From Octopus sinensis (taxonomy: Eukaryota), in assembly GCF_006345805.1 (NCBI RefSeq), contig NC_043001.1, positions 72,850,001-72,914,000 on the forward strand: a stretch of DNA of 64,000 nucleotides, read 5' to 3'. The position numbers were made by a program, and so were the translations under genes. A model generated the notes under the pieces. The model saw only the letters and a list, made by a program, of their open reading frames with translations. It was not told the DNA's origin and ran no database searches. Shown piece after piece: positions 39,226 through 53,430 of the stretch; the stretch's first letter is position 1, and each line of letters starts with the position of its first letter.

Positions 39226-40127
39226 TATATATTATGTATATATATATATACACATATATATATATGTATGTATATATACACATATATATATGTATGTATA
39301 TATAGATATATATATACACATATATATATATATATATCTGTATGTATATATATATATATATATTATATATGTATGTATATATATATATACACATATATAT
39401 ATGTATGTATATATATATACATATATATATATGTATGTATATATATATATATATACACATATATATATATATATATGTATGTTATATAATATACATATAT
39501 AATATGTATGTATATATATATATATATATATACACATATATATATATATATATGTATGTATATATATAATATATGTATGTATATATATATATATACACAT
39601 ATATATATGTATTATATATATTATATTATATATATATGTATGTATATATATATACACATATAATATATATGTATGTATATATATTAACACATATTATATG
39701 TATGTATATATATACACATATATATGTATATATATAGATGTATATATAATATATATACACATATATATATATATATACACATATATATATATTATACAAC
39801 ATATATAATACACATATATATTATGTATGTATGTATATATATATATATATACCATATATATATTATACACACATATATATATACACATATATATATATAT
39901 ATGTATGTATATATATATATATAACACATATATATATGTATGTATGTATATATATATATATATACTATATATATATTATATATATACACATATATATATA
40001 CACATATATATATATATAACACATATATATATATACACATATATATATATACACATATATATATATACACATATATATATATATATATACACATATATAT
40101 ATATGTATATATATATTATATATATAT
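38876..40127. repeat. (TA)n/(TATG)n microsatellite
   Basis: Directly visible. Confidence 0.97.
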
Positions 40128-40234
40128 GTCATCACCATCATCATTGTTTAACCTCCGTTTTCCATGCTAGCATGGGTATGTATATATGTATATATATATG
40201 TATTTATATATGAATGTATGTATATATGTATGTA

Positions 40235-40619
40235 TCTCTCTATGTATAAACGGCAGTTTGTCTGTGCGTGTTTCTGTGTGTCTGTTTGCTTGTACCCTCA
40301 CCCTGACCACGGCTTTCAACCGATTCTGATGAAACTTGACACACACATAGCCCAATGTCATAATTCAAAACTAACGCAGCGAAAACTTTGAAAAGTTCCC
40401 CCAGTTCTGAAAAAAATCCATAAATTCGACATGGGGTCGATAATCAGAAACACGAACCACAAACTGTCTAGGGGGCGCAACTCCACCTTTTTTAAATCTC
40501 AAAAAAAAATTTACCATCATTTTTTTCCATTTTTTTGCTATTTTTTGGCTATAACTCTCTAAAAATGCTTTATAGTTATTTCCCTTACAAACCTGAGCAA
40601 CGCCGGGCGATACTGCTAG
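40235..40619 (+). mobile_element. Non-autonomous Helitron
   Basis: A|TC start, subterminal hairpin cctgagcaacgccggg, CTAG|T end. 3' end shared with the 55979 copy. Confidence 0.8.
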
Positions 40620-42089
40620 TGTATATATATATATAGTTTGCAGTGGAGGGGTGGTGGTGGTATATAAAAGATGTGATGAAGAAATGGAGAGAAGGGGGGA
40701 AAGGAGATAAAAGTTTTGCTACATAGTATACAAATCTATGTTGTGTATACTATGTATAATTCTGATGCAAGAGACCTTCCAGCTAAGACCAATCAAGGAA
40801 CCTCTCAAGACAAAGATCACCCTGACCACCAAGGTGATTATCCACCAATAATAATAATAATAAATGTAATAATAATTTGTTGGTATTTAAATGATATTGT
40901 TTAGAGTCCCTTCAGTACTGCTTCCCATTAACCATTTTTCATTTCCATTCTTTCTCTTCATCTCTGTCTTTTTCACTTTTTCATCACAGATTTTTCTTTT
41001 CAGTCCTCAACTTTTACATATACATACCTACCTCTCTCTCTGTATATATTCCTTATATGCCTTTATATATTTCTCTTTCATTTTCCCCATTATCTTTTTA
41101 TATAATTCTACCTCTGATTCAAATTGGCATCCATCCAGACCTGCTTCACACACACACACCCTCTGTTGTCTCTATATCATACTTCTTTTGGAAGCTGGAG
41201 TGTGATCCTATCTGTTTTCTTAGTAATCTTTTTATTTCATTCAGATATTTTTCTCTTATTCTTCATCTTTTAATCTAGCACTCACCATAAAATTACCCCC
41301 TTTTTCTTCTTGTTAACCACTCTGACCAAAACCACAATAATAGCAATAACTCTACAACCAGCTTGGAATTCCTGTAACTCTCAATTCTGAAGAGGAAATT
41401 ACTTGGTTTTTCTGATGGTTTAGGGGGTGTTCCACATCTAAAAATAGGTCACCTGAGTCTGGTAGAGTTAGTTATTTCTTCCTGTAGGGAGTCTTAACAT
41501 AAAGTGTGATTAGTTGCGGAGGGCTTCAGTGCAGATAAATATGTTAAATTGTGGCACTGTATTCACAATGCATAAAACTAAATTTGTATTTAAGCAACTT
41601 CTGTTTCATGTCTTTATATGTGTGGATATGTCTGACTCTGTATCTTCTGAGTTCAAATTCTGCTGAGGTCAACTTTGCCTTCCATCCTTTTGGTGTCAAT
41701 AAAGTAAGTACCAGTTGAACGCTGGGGTCAATATAATCAAATAAACCCCTCCCTTCCAATATTCTGGACTTGTGGCCAAAAATTTGAAATCATTATTTTG
41801 TTATTTTGCTTGTTGAACTGCAATTGTTCTATTGCTTGATTCTGACAGTTTTAGTCAATCATATTCTCTCCAGTTTTTGCATCATCAGTCTCTATTTATC
41901 CAATGACCAAGTAAGTTTTTGACATTAAAGAAGTATTTTTGTGTGTGTGTGCATGCACACATGTCAGTGTATGACAGTACTGCATAATTTCCATCTATAA
42001 CACATGCTAAAGCTACCACCAATTGGCCTGATCTTAAAAGCATATATTTGTGAAACACACTGCATAGCCATGTTTCTACCTATATATAT

Positions 42090-43030
42090 AGTTCAAATTT
42101 ACAGAAAACAAAAGATGAAGTCCGGTGTAGGAACAACAAGCAGGTGTATTAGATTAATGCTTGGGAAGAATGGAAATGTCTTTTACATTTTGAGCCTAAG
42201 TTTTTCAACAGAAAGGATTAAGAGGAAAAAAGATAGAGAGAGAAAACAATGTGCAGTTCAACAGTCCAACATGACAAGATGGCCAGAAAACAGAAGCTGA
42301 ATGAAAGGGAGATAATAATAACAGTAACAGTGACTCCCAACGAACTAAGGTACACAAGTGCATGTGTGTATGTGTGAGTGTCTGTGCGTGCTTATGGATG
42401 TGTGTATATGTTTGAGTAAATGTATGGAGGTGTGTATGTGTGTGTCTGTGGCCAAATAGTGTGCATGTGTATAGTGTATGTTTGTGGCCGAAAGTTGCCT
42501 GTGTGTTGTGTGTCTGTGTTCAGGTATTATGTGCTTGTGTGGGTGTGGGAATGAGAATGATGGTGTTTGTACTGAGTTAAACAATGTGTGGGGCTGCTTG
42601 TATAGTGGTATGTGTGATGACGCTATTGAAGATTGTGTGTGGGTGTGTGGTGTAGGTGCTGAGAAGTGTTTGGTGCTAGTGTATGTGGAGGGGGAAGGTA
42701 CCAAGGTAGAGGGTTTGTAGGTAGATCGGGGGGGAGGGGCAGTTGATTGTGGAAGGTGTGTGGGAATCCATGTGAAGTCAGATAAAGAGAGGTAGTTAGT
42801 TGAGCCCACAAGGCACAAAGGAACGAAGAGAGAAGATTAATTCCTGTTCATGGCAAAGGCAGGAGTTTGAGTGACCCCTGTGCAGAGACAGTCCAAACAC
42901 AGACAGATGTTGTAGCAAATGACTGGTAGAGTGGAAGTGGTGTGAGACCGGGGTGTCATTGCCAAGTCTGATGTCTTGGGGATGCTCCACAAACCAGTCA
43001 GTCAAGTGGCATCCTGTTTGACCAAAGACA
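42090..43030 (-). mobile_element. Penelope-like element 3' part (GIY-YIG C-terminus, CA-rich spacer, hammerhead-like motif)
   Basis: GQTG..L.D.F.EH..DI....DTPVSHHF....H..........EQELIFSL....P.GLN at 42796-43030. Decayed CUGUUGAA..GCUC.AAAUGUA at ~42178-42216. Confidence 0.85.
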
Positions 43031-43607
43031 AGGAAAAAATATGTAATGACCATTATTTATACTGTCTTATATATATCACTCTGTGTAAAAACCAGTTTGT
43101 CGGGTGCCCAACCACAGATTTACCATATAGAATTGTGATGAACCATAACCTTGGCCCCTGCCATAAGAATACTTAGAGTTCTTCACTAAGCTAAGCAATA
43201 TTGTTAACCTGGTGGGCCAACAGAGATCGTCCAACCCATGCTAGCATGGAAAACAGACGCTAAACGACGATGATGATGATGATGATGATATATGTGTGTG
43301 TGTGTGTGTGTGTATCAGATTCTTTTACTTTTGTATGTACCTGATCAGTCTTTCATTGATGCCAAACCATCTTTGATATTGTATCCTGGTTTTCCATCAA
43401 AATACGTGTCATTTCAATCTGAGACAAAAGTTGAGCTGATATAAATATGTTTCTTGGAACTTGAATTGTTGCTGATGTGATTGTTGATACGTTTAAATGT
43501 GCTGTCAACTGTTTCCTAGTTGCTTAGACTAACATCTTATGTCCTCATATATTTCATACTGATGAGACATATTGATAAACAGATTATATGTTTATCTGGA
43601 GCTTGAA

Positions 43608-43774
43608 CCCTTTAGCACTCAGATTACTCCGCCACATGCAATACTTGTTTGTTTTTAATTAATCCTGCATGATCTCGTAGCTTTGAGGTTTTGCTGATGT
43701 GATTGTTTATTTTTAGAATGACATTATAGGGTAGGTGTGAGAAGCTAGATATAGCTGGTTTAAATGTTAATGGG
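43608..43774. mobile_element. piggyBac-like MITE; related inverted copy at ~47023-47242
   Basis: CCCTTTAGCA...TGTTAATGGG|TTAA. The second copy is bounded by TTAA on both sides and the interiors are reverse-complementary. Confidence 0.6.
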
Positions 43775-44764
43775 TTAAGTGAATCAAATTGAGTTTAGTT
43801 TCATAAACAAGATAATCTATATTGATTCTTCTAATAGAGTTCAAACTCTTTGTTCAGTTGATCTGACTTCAAATGTGCAGATCAAGGTTTACAACATTTT
43901 CTACCTCAATGTCTCCTTTCATCAAAAGGTGTTTTTATAAACGACCTCTTTCCCATGATTTTAATCAAACAAAAGCCAGCATCGCAGTGTATTTAAGAAG
44001 TTTGCTTTGTGTTTCTAAGTGGTTTCATTTCATTTCTACTCAGCAAAATGGACTGAAATGAGTTTGGTATGTGGAAACTGCATGGAGACTTAAACATACA
44101 TGTGTATGTCATTGCTTCCCAGAGACCTGGCTTTAGGTTAAGTTACTCAGCATAGTACTTTTTGCAAATGTTTTGTTCTATAACCTCTGACTGACTGAAG
44201 CCTTGTGAGTGATTCTACTGATGAAGAGTGAAAGAACTCATTGTGTCTGTGTGTATATACATGTGTGTGTTATTGTCTCTTTGTGTTAACATTGTGTGGT
44301 AATTGTAAATAGGTGATATCATCATACAAGTGGTGTTCTTCCTTTCAAATCTTCTATGAAAATATGTTTGGTCATGGGAAGATAGGGATATTACCTCACT
44401 TAGAAATAGGTGAGGGTTGGTGATAGACAGGGCATCCAGTTGTGGAAAATCTGCCTCAACAAATTCCATTCAACCTCATGTTAGCATGGAAAATTGTCAA
44501 AATGGTGATGATGATAATATATTTATCATTGCCATTACCATTTAACAGATATTTTTATTGGTGGCTTGTATTTGTAACATGGAGAATGGACGTTAAATGA
44601 GGCTGGTGATGGGTTTGTGTGTGTATTAGAGCAGTATGGCTAAATGTTTAAAAAGTTTGCTTCATATCAAGTGCCTAGGTTTAATCCCAGTGCTTGGCAT
44701 TTTAGGAAAATCTCATTTTCTACAGTCTAGTGTTGACACACCTTGTGAGTGAAACTGGTTAGAT

Positions 44765-45140
44765 CAGTGTTTTCCAACCTACTTTCCCCTAAGCCCCACT
44801 AACTTTCCAGAAAAATGTATACTCAGAAAAAATCAACTTTATTTTTAATATTTCATAATCATATACCTAAAGAAATGTTCACACTGGGGCATTAGAATAG
44901 TGTTATATTGAAGTAAACAGTCTTCACACAATCATTTCATTCATTTAGCATTCGCTTTCCATGCTAGCATGGGTTGGACACTATGCTTGGCTAAAGGGAT
45001 TGGTTTGGTTAGCTGAAGATTTTTGTAATTCCATGTTCCACTAAAAAAAAAAAAAAAAGAAAAAATTTCGGATTCTATGCCCCACAACAATTTTCTCAGG
45101 CTCTACCAGTGGGGCATATGCCCCACTTTGGGAATCATTG
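44765..45140. mobile_element. hAT-type MITE nested in a SINE
   Basis: Termini CAGTGTTTTCCAA / TTGGGAATCATTG. TSD GGTTAGAT/GGTTGGAT. Confidence 0.75.
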
Positions 45141-48100
45141 GGTTGGATGAAAACTGCATAGAGACCCTGCAGGTGAGTTGTACCTGTAATTCAAGAGGTA
45201 CTACCTTGTCATACATTGTCACACTGATTCTGTCTTAGAAATTACATTAAGGGTACACATGTCTATGGAATACCCTGCTAATCAAACATCAATTCAGTTG
45301 CTCAAACAGGTAAATCTTGATCATCGAATGTCAGAGATCCACCATTTCAAGTATATCTGAGTTGGTTAATAACTCCAAGCAGCTTTGGTTCTTTATTAAC
45401 TCAGCTGGGATTAATTAAGACATTCCTTCAGGACAAAGAAGGAACTTCAGTTAAAAATTTGTTGTTTTGAGTGAGTGGCAGTATGGTGAGTAAGGCCATC
45501 CATATATAACTTGTCCAAAACAATTGACAACTTCATTTGATAATATTTGCTTTATGCTTATTTTTAACTTGCTAACATGGGTTAGATAGATATATTATTG
45601 AGGCATTGTTCTCCTGCTGGATGTCCTTCTTGTTGCTAACCTTTATCTGTTTATCAGGTAAGGTAAGTGAAGGTGTGTGGCCTAGTAGTTAGGGTGTTGC
45701 ACTCAAGATTACAAGATCGTAATTTCTATTCTCAGACTGGCTATGTGTCATGTTCTTGAGCAAATCACTTTATTTCATGTTACTCCAGTCCACTCAGCTG
45801 TAAATGGGTCACCTCATGATGGATTGATGTACAAGGATGAGTCAGTGAATCAGGAAAATCACTCAAATGGATGTCTTGTGAGCTATATTTTGTATTTAGC
45901 AATTGAAAGAAGAAATAGTGCAACTGGTACTGTGAATCATAACTGGTTAGGGCTGGTTGTTCGACCATGTCGGAGGTCATTCAAAAGTCAGGGACTATAT
46001 CTTTTTATTTCCTGCAAGTTTGAAGGTGTGAAGGAGAAATAACAGCAACACAGCTCTTAGCAACTTTCATACACACACATATACAACAGGCTTCTTTCAG
46101 TTTCTGTTTACCAAATCCACTCACAAGGCTTTGGTTGGTCTGAGGCTATAGCAGAAGACATTTGCCCAAGGTGTCATGCAGTGGGACTGAACCCGGAACC
46201 ATGTGGTTGAGAAACAAGCTTCTTACCATGCAGCTACTTCTGCACCTATATACACACACACACACACGTGTACTCACACTTTCCCTGCCTTGCAAGTTGG
46301 CAACCTTATTGGGGCTGGTAACACAAAACCACACTGTAAAGTAGCTGGTGTTAGAGCATCTAACTAGAAACCATACCTAAGCTGACAGTGGAGCTCAAGC
46401 TAGTCCTACAACTTGCTAGTTCCTATCAAATTGTCCAACTCATGCCAGTAGGGAAAGCAGGCAATAATGATAATATAAAGGTGTAGATGAGAAGCTTGCT
46501 TCCTAACTATATGGTTTCAGATTTAATCCCACTACTCAGCATTGTGAATTTTGGGCAGGTATCCTCTATATATATATGCCTGGGCCACCCAAAGCCTTGT
46601 GATTGAATTTAATGGACTAAAAGAAGCCCATTGTGTGTGTGTGTGTCTGAATGTACCCTTGTTTTGATTTCATGTGATGGTTGTAAATGAGCATCACCAT
46701 CATACAAGCAGTGTCATTCCTTTCTAGTCTTATGTGAAAAATTTGTTTGGTCTAAGGAAAATATTATCTTGCTTGTAGACAGAAAAGCAAAATATCTGGC
46801 CATAGCAAATCTTCCTCAATGAATACTGTTTGACTCTTGCAACCGTGAAAAAGTCAGTGTTAAAACGACGCCGATGATTGTGTGTACATGCATGTGTGTG
46901 TGTGTGTGTGATAGCCTATAAAAATAATATTAACAAAATCATAGCCATCACTCATGAATAATTATGTTTTGGTTAACCTAGTCCATGCACCTTCATTTGT
47001 TTTTACTATAAATATATTTTAATTCTTTAGCATTTAAACAGATCATATTCGGCCCAAATATTCAGCCTGTTTTATGCTCAAACCAGCTAGAGCTGCTTTC
47101 TCACACCTACCCTACAATGTCATTCTAAAAATAAACAATCACATCATTGAAATCTATAAGCTATGAGATAATGTATGATTAATTCAAAACAATGTGAATA
47201 TATAAGCATTACATTTTACAAATTAATATGAAAGCCAAAGAATTAAACAGCAGAAAATGAAGTCCTAACATGTGTATTTAATAAATACACCACAGCATTC
47301 AATACTTAATATCATTTTTCACATTTTTTAAATATGATTTCACCTATTTTTTTTTTTGCGCACCAGCTACATGTAACAGCTCCCCAGTGTTCCATGACAC
47401 ATGGTTAGCCCATTTGTATTTTTTCTTTTGTTGTTCTTTCTTCTTTAATGATACTATGGTAATTTAACTTTTTATTGAGTTCAACCACTTGGTATTGGCC
47501 ATGCTGAGGCATTGCCATGAAATAAACGCTACAAAATGATGTATGCATGTACTTGTGTATCTGTTGAAGATTGGCATGTATGTATGTGTGTGTGTGGAAG
47601 GTGAATCGTTGCATATGTATGTGTATGTACAATGTATGTATGTCAAAGAGGCAAACAAATTGTTGTATGTGTATAGAATGAAAAGATAAGTTGAGTGTAT
47701 TTATCCATGTATTTGTACAAGGGTAAAGTGAATTGGTGCATGTGTGTGTGTGTGGAAGGGATAACTCAGCAAACTTTGAGAAGTCTGTTGCTTTAGAGAT
47801 ATGTGGTGTTTAATTTGTTAACATTGTAGAAATTCATGAATATTTGGATTGCTATCTGTGGGGAGGTCACATTCAAGGAAACTAGAAGCTGCTCAAATAA
47901 AAATAACTTCTTTGTTGTTTTTCTTGATGTTGCCATGATTATCATCTTTATCTTCCTCTTCCTTATCATCATCATCATCAGTAACTTCCTATGTCTGTTT
48001 CCTTCATGCTGACATGGTCAAGGTATAAGAATCGTTATATCGACTATCAGTAAAGTTGAGACTCACATAGCTAAGGACAAACTGTTAGTTTTGGATCAAC

Positions 48101-49454
48101 TGTACCATGCAGGAATCACTCTGAGACAAATGTTTCCTTTGTTTGAAGTAGAGGAATGCAACAATACTGTTTGTTCTGCAGTGTAACTCTTACAATAATT
48201 TAACTATGTGGTTGTAGGTGCAACACATTGTACACTACCATGAGCAAGTCTCTACTACTGTAGCTTTAGGCCAATTTGAATTAGTAGATGGCAACCACAT
48301 GGAAACCTATCAGATGTGTATCATGACCATCATCATTTGATGTCTATCTTCCATGTTGATTTGAGTCAGATGGTTTGACCAGATTCATTGAGCCAGAGAA
48401 CTGCATCAAGCTCCAGTATCAACTTCGGCATGGTTTCTAAACCTGGTTCCCCTTCCTAATGCCATAAGTGTATGTGTCTGTGTTCTAAAAGATAGAAAAA
48501 AGTTTTAACTACAAAATGTTGTGTCTGCTGTAAACTGCACAACTGCAGCAATATAACAACTTTTTGTGTGTGTGTGTATCAGGATGGAATGGGAAAATTG
48601 TATGTTCAACCGAAACAGCTTGTGGTGTTTCAATCCATTTCAATCACGTCCCTTGACATTTAGATCTACCTTGGTTCTCTTTCTCCTTCCAAGTTGATAT
48701 AATAGGTATCATTTCTGAGCTAAAGGCTGTACCCCCAGCATGGCCGCAGTCTAATTAAGTGAAACCAGTAAAAGAATAATGAAATATTCAGCCGAATGAA
48801 AAGAATGCTCAGAGACTATTTATTCATTTGTTTCTTTCTTTTCATTTATATTTCCAGTCATCATGTTTCCTTCACCATGTTAACATAGCCAAACTAATGT
48901 TAGACTTAGAAACTATTATTGTAAACAACACACACATGCTCATTATACCACCAGTCTCCTTGGGCACATTGTACAACCAATCTGTGTGTGTGTGTGCATG
49001 TTAAACACCCATCAGATAAGCTTCATATTCTGAGAATATAAACTCATCTGAAAATCACAGTTTTGTTTCCCTTAATGCTACTATGTATCATTGTTCTTTC
49101 TTTCCTTGAGTCTCTTTCTTTATTTCTATTTGCCTACCTTTCTACCAGCTTTTCTATCTGTCTATCTCCTTCTTTGTACCTACCTATTTATCTGTCAATC
49201 TGTCTTCAGCTTTGCTTATTTACCCAGCTGTCACTTCATCTATCTACCTATCTGCCTCTCTCTCTCCCCCTGTCTTTCTCTCTATCTCACTCCATTTGCA
49301 TCTATGTCTTTCTCTGTCTATCTCTGTTCATTCCTCTGTCTGTCTCTCTATCTCTCTGTCTCTCTGTCTCTGCCTGTCTGTCTATCTGTCTGTCTCTCTA
49401 TCTCTCTGTCTCTGCCTGTCTGTCTATCACTCAGTCTCTGTTTATCTTTGTCCA

Positions 49455-49514
<60 letters not shown>

Positions 49515-50682
49515 ACTTCTACCTTTCACTAAACACACACACAAAATCTCTCCCATTTCTCAACAAGTCTATCACTCTCTCTCTCCTCCCTCCTCCTGTG
49601 TTTAATCCCCACCCCTCCTACTTTTTTGCAAAACTATCCCTTTCTCCATTTTCTGTATTTAATGTCACTTCAATCTCCTTAAACCATTATTTACCTCACT
49701 TCTCCTCCAATATTTTCTTTTCGTGTAACAGACACTTCTTTACATCAGTCATCTTTTCCTTCCTCCCTCATGAAGTATCATTCTCTTCTCATTTCTCTCT
49801 CTCTCTCTACTCTTCTTATCTCTCACCCACAGATTGACTAATCTTTCTTCTTCTATGTCCCCCATCTCTCTTTCCTTCTCCCCCACCTCTCTCTCTCTCT
49901 CTCTCTCTCCACAACTTTATAATAATGACACATAAGATGTAGTTCATAGGTTTCACTATTAAGTAGCCATACCCTCCCTATTCAAAAACTTACATGTTTA
50001 TAATGTAACAAATGTATTTTTCCATTCTATTTAAGAATCAAAGGGCCTTCATTTAACTTGGGGTTATTTTTATATTCTGGAAGTCGGAACTGTAAAAGAC
50101 TAAAAACCACTCGGATTTTCATTTTGTTCACATCTTAAGTATTCTGCCCCCCCAACCACCACCACCATTGTGGTGATTAATGAATCAGCCACTCTAGATA
50201 CTACTACTACTACTACTACCACCATACATGCCAACAGATTCATTGTCTAATCTTTGTACCAAGTTAATTTACACTAGGGTCATGTTTACATCTGCCCTTG
50301 AGATCATTAACACACAAGTCTTTATGACACAGTTCCAGTGGTTTGGGTACAACTAAATAATTCATCATCATCAGGGTCAGCATTATTGTTGTAACATCCA
50401 CTTTTCCATGCTTGCATAAGTTGGAAGGAATTTATTGAGACTGACTTTCTACAGTCATATGAACTTCCTGTCACTAACCCTCGCTGGTTTTCAAGTAAGG
50501 TTAGAATTTCCCTCATTGCCAGACAGGTTTTTGCTGAATATTGGAAATGAATGACACCACCTGTATAACAGTGGCACTCATTTACTAACCATCACTCGAT
50601 GTCAAAACAAGGAGAAGCCAAAGAGGTAGACACACACACACACACACATTTATAAACACGTTTGTATGTATGTGTGTGTGTG

Positions 50683-50719
<37 letters not shown>

Positions 50720-52959
50720 TGCGATGGACCACATAAAAAGTACTCAGTCCACTCTGTAAGGTTGTTGGTGTTAGGAAGGACATCCAGTTGTAAAAACACA
50801 ATGCCATAACATACTTCACCAGTGCTTGTTCCACATAAAAAGCATCTAGTTCATTCTAAAGTTGTTGGCATTAGGAAGGGCATCCAGCTGTAAACAGCAT
50901 ACCAAAACAAACAAGTCTAGTACAGTCTTTTGGCTTACCAGATCCTACCAAACTGTCCATACCAGCATGGAAAACAGACATTAAATGATGATAATGATGG
51001 GCTTCTTTCAGTTTCTAGCAACCAAATCCACTTTCAAGGCTTTGGTCAATCTGGGACCATAGTGGAAGGTGCTTGCCGAGGTGCCATTCAGTGAGACTGA
51101 ACCCAAAACAAATAGTTGGGAAGCAAAGTTTTTAACCACACAGCCTTGCATGCACCTATTGTCATGCTTACTCCTGCTTTGGAAAGAAATATTGATGGAG
51201 ATTTGGAGATGATAAGGAGTCAGGAAGATTAATTAGCAGGCCTTGTTGGTTGTTACTAAACACCCACTGTTGGAGGGATCTAAAACAAAGTCAGTGTTCA
51301 CATAACAGCTGATAAGAGAGAATGTCCTGTCCACGAACTGTAAGCAAATTATTATGGGCTCATTTCAGTGTAGCGTTACTTTCTCTCTCTTCTTATCAAA
51401 GTTGTTTGAGTCAAGGTAAAAAACAGACCATTGTTATAATAATGAAAAGCAAAAAGAAAAAAAAGAGTAAAATGCAAAATGAAAATTTAGTTACTGGTGT
51501 GAATAGAAAATAGAGTTCAACCACAACCACATGTTTGGCAGTATCTAGTATGGTGTCTCACAATTCAGAATTTTTGTACCATCTTTTAATTTCTTCAGAG
51601 CTGGTACAATGCAATCTGAGAGAAATGTTGGACTATATAATAGTCTAACAGTCATCTTCTTCTTGTTCATCATCATAATCATTTTAATATTCACTTTCCC
51701 ATGCTTGTATGAGTCAAAGGAAGTTTATAGAGGCAGATTTTCTATGGTCTGATGCTTCTTGTTGACAACCTTCTCATATTTCCAAGCAGGTCTTTTGCAT
51801 TTTAAGAGCACAATGGCCCGATATGTTTTCACAAAAGATTACAAGCTAGTGACACTACTTACTTCAGAGTCTCATATGTTGGCAACTAGCATGCAATGTC
51901 AAAACAAGGATACACATGCACATATATATATATTCTTATATCATCATCATCATCATAGGCTGCCCAACTGTTTGTTTTAGGTTCAATCCCACTGAATGGC
52001 ATCCACTATAGCCCCAAACTGACCAAAGCCTTGAGAGTGGATTTGGTAGATAGAAACAGGAAGAAGCTTGTCATATATGTATATATATATACATGTGTTT
52101 ATAAATGTGTATGTGCTTGTGTTAACTGTGTTAGTTTCCATGTACCAAATCCACTCACATGGCTTTTGTGAGCCCTGGGTTAAAGTAGAGGACACTTAGC
52201 CAAAGTGCTTCACAGTAGGACTGAACCCCAAACCATTTAGTTGGGAAGTAACCTTAAGCCCTGTCATGACTACATGTATAATACAGTAAAGAAATAGTGT
52301 TGCTTGTCTTTCTTTTGAACTTCATCTGTAAGTTAGCTCATGGAAAGCCTAGTACTTCTGAAAAACAAAAAAAAAACAAAAAATCTCCCTGCGAAAATAG
52401 CAATCAGTCTTCAATATTTCCATTTTTCTCTCCATCTGATATCCTGTTTCCAACTAATTTCTATTTCTTTATTCCCTTGGGTTTAATCCCTTTAGCTTTT
52501 CTCTTGCATTCTCTTTGAATAGTTTTAATTGTTATTTGCTTGCTGTACAAAACTTGTGATTATTGATTTTTAATCAGCCATCTACTGTTGGATAATTTGT
52601 TTATTTTTTTTTTTTTTCCGAAAATATATTTGTTATACATACCATGACATTTGATATAAACACACACAACAAATAAATAAAAATATTTTGCCTTTCTTTT
52701 AATATCTCTAATAATTAGCATATATCATAAAATGTTAGCTTTCATTTCCCTCCCCCTCCTCCTTATTTTCGAAGCATTAAAGTATCTTCTTGTTGGCATG
52801 GAGATAGTGATTTTTATCTTGGAAAGATAACTCATGACCAATGGATATATTAAATTATCAATATTTTATTCCACCAGCACTTATCTGTTTGCAGCTTGCT
52901 TGTTATACAAGAAAAGCTTGTTCACATTTTAGCATCATCTTCCAACATACATCTACACA

Positions 52960-53430
52960 TGCAATGTTTGGACACCATCATCAGTGTTGTATTTTGGAGT
53001 CACCGGCTGTTTCAGATCTTACAACATACACATTCATCCAGGCAACCTGACCTAGGTTGATGCAACCTAGGCTTGTATCTAAGTGCCATTCTGCTGACCC
53101 CACCAATCACTCTTTCAAGCCAAACCCATTTGGATGCTTTCTCTGAAACTCCTACATTGTTCTTGTTGTCTCTTCTCCTAGCTCCTGAAATGTCCAGAGA
53201 CCATATGCCCTACTCAGAGTACAATCTGAAAACCCTCAGTGACCAGCAGCCTCTACTGGTAACCACCTTGTTCTTCACTCGTTCTTGCAATAGTCCTCCA
53301 CCAGTTCCTCATACTTGATTCTTTTTCTCAATTGAACCACCTCCATCCTCTCCAACCAGGGTACAGTTTATTCCAGTAAGTGCTTTGTTACCTAGAAACC
53401 AAGATGGTATCTAGTATCAGTAACCATACT
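52960..53430 (-). mobile_element. Degenerate restriction-like-endonuclease non-LTR element (HERO-like) C-terminus and 3' UTR
   Basis: Reverse complement reads TVPWLERME....RKRIKYEELVE......TRWLPVE...GF... and SEKASKWVWL.R, resembling the ELTVPWE..RK..KY..PVEVG.RGF motif. Confidence 0.65.

Noticed and set aside
49063-49910. Leu/Ser-rich ORFs
   Set aside because: (CT)n/(TCTG)n low-complexity tract.
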